Assembly: GCA_048938025.1 (NCBI GenBank)
Contig: JBHLMP010000017.1
Coordinates: 1 to 58,603 of the forward strand
DNA length: 58,603 nucleotides
Direction of reading: 5' to 3'
From: Promethearchaeota archaeon
GTDB taxonomy: Archaea; Asgardarchaeota; Lokiarchaeia; Sigyniarchaeales; SOKP01
In this document: positions 57,913 to 58,603 of the stretch, one piece after another
Layout: every line of letters begins with the position of its first letter
Position numbering within the stretch: position 1 is the stretch's first letter
Program-made: the position numbers and the translations under genes
Notes under the pieces: model-generated
The model's database searches: none
What the model saw: the letters and a program-made list of their open reading frames with translations, nothing else
What the model was told of the DNA's origin: nothing

Positions 57913-58603
57913 ATGACTGGAATAAAACAAGAAGAAGAGGGCTTATTGGAGCAGGCACTAGCAGAAGAAAAAAATTATAATTGGTTGGAAGCTGCTAAAT
58001 TATATGAAAGCACTGCTGAAAAATTTTTAGAAAAAAATTTGGAAGAGAAAGCTGCTGAAATTTATAAAAAGCTTGGATATTCATATTCACGAGCTGCTTT
58101 CACTGTAAAAACAAATGAAAAGTTTGTAAAATATATCAAAAAAAGTATAAAAGCTTACACAGATTCAATGAATATTTTTGAACAAATTGGAAATAAATCT
58201 ATGAAATTTGAATGTGAAGCAGAAGCAATTTTTTTCAGAGCATATATAGCAGATTCTTATACGGCATACAAGGAGAACCTCATCAATTCATATGAACTTT
58301 TCATTAAAGCAAGCGAGGAATATTCTAAGAAAGATTACCAAGAACATATTGCCAGAGTTTTGAGTCGTGGTGCCTATGCTTGTATATCCAGTGGTCTTTC
58401 TATGATGGATCCTAAAGAACTTGATGATCATTATCAAAAAAGTAAAGATATTATCCATAAGGCTCAAGTAATTACGAAAAAAGCTGAAAATGTTCAATCT
58501 CTTGCCGAATCGTTATATGCAGAGTATTATTTGACAATGATTCAAGCTTGGATAAAACCATTTAGATGGAATGAGGATTGGAGAGAATATTTACAAAAAT
58601 TTC
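57913..58603 (+). CDS. Paralog of the preceding TPR/SNAP-like protein, truncated by the window end
   Basis: Not in the ORF track. Open from ATG 57913 to the end: LLEQALAEEKNYNWLEAAKLYE versus LLAKAEIEEKNYNWAKSAELYE in 53891-57709. Confidence 0.88.
   Translation, partial: MTGIKQEEEGLLEQALAEEKNYNWLEAAKLYESTAEKFLEKNLEEKAAEIYKKLGYSYSRAAFTVKTNEKFVKYIKKSIKAYTDSMNIFEQIGNKSMKFECEAEAIFFRAYIADSYTAYKENLINSYELFIKASEEYSKKDYQEHIARVLSRGAYACISSGLSMMDPKELDDHYQKSKDIIHKAQVITKKAENVQSLAESLYAEYYLTMIQAWIKPFRWNEDWREYLQKF

Noticed and set aside
379-58497. Many 60-130 aa ORFs antisense to or nested in long genes (e.g. 2064-2360, 10297-10590, 27098-27424, 47717-48115, 58288-58497)
   Set aside because: Shadow ORFs with no motifs, overlapping well-supported CDSs.
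1-58603. tRNA, rRNA, CRISPR arrays, IS elements, integrases
   Set aside because: None recognised by eye. A tRNAscan/Infernal/ISEScan run would be needed to exclude short elements.

Overview
AT-rich (roughly 30% GC by eye), gene-dense window that looks like an anaerobic archaeon, most plausibly an Asgard Lokiarchaeia. This is an inference from the AT bias, frequent TTG/GTG starts, expanded zinc-ribbon, wHTH and TPR-like families, and a split acyl-CoA mutase with MeaB. Most of the window is CoA-thioester metabolism: a complete Bzd-type class I benzoyl-CoA reductase operon (oah-dch-had-bzdNOPQ-ferredoxin-bzdV, 40.9-51.0 kb), an acyl-CoA dehydrogenase with a ferredoxin-fused ETF, a tungsten-type AOR operon, a second 2-hydroxyacyl-CoA dehydratase/activase pair, thiolases, an acyl-CoA ligase, a B12 acyl-CoA mutase with a non-canonical active site, and a CoA-transferase-fold pair that seems to lack the usual catalytic Glu. 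The most unusual structural signal is outside the ORF track. Diverged copies of the 3' ends of resident genes (two for an MBL hydrolase, one for tauE) reappear downstream of accessory genes, with no integrase or transposase in the window. This suggests serial gene capture by 3'-end replacement. No rRNA, tRNA, CRISPR array or IS element was recognised.
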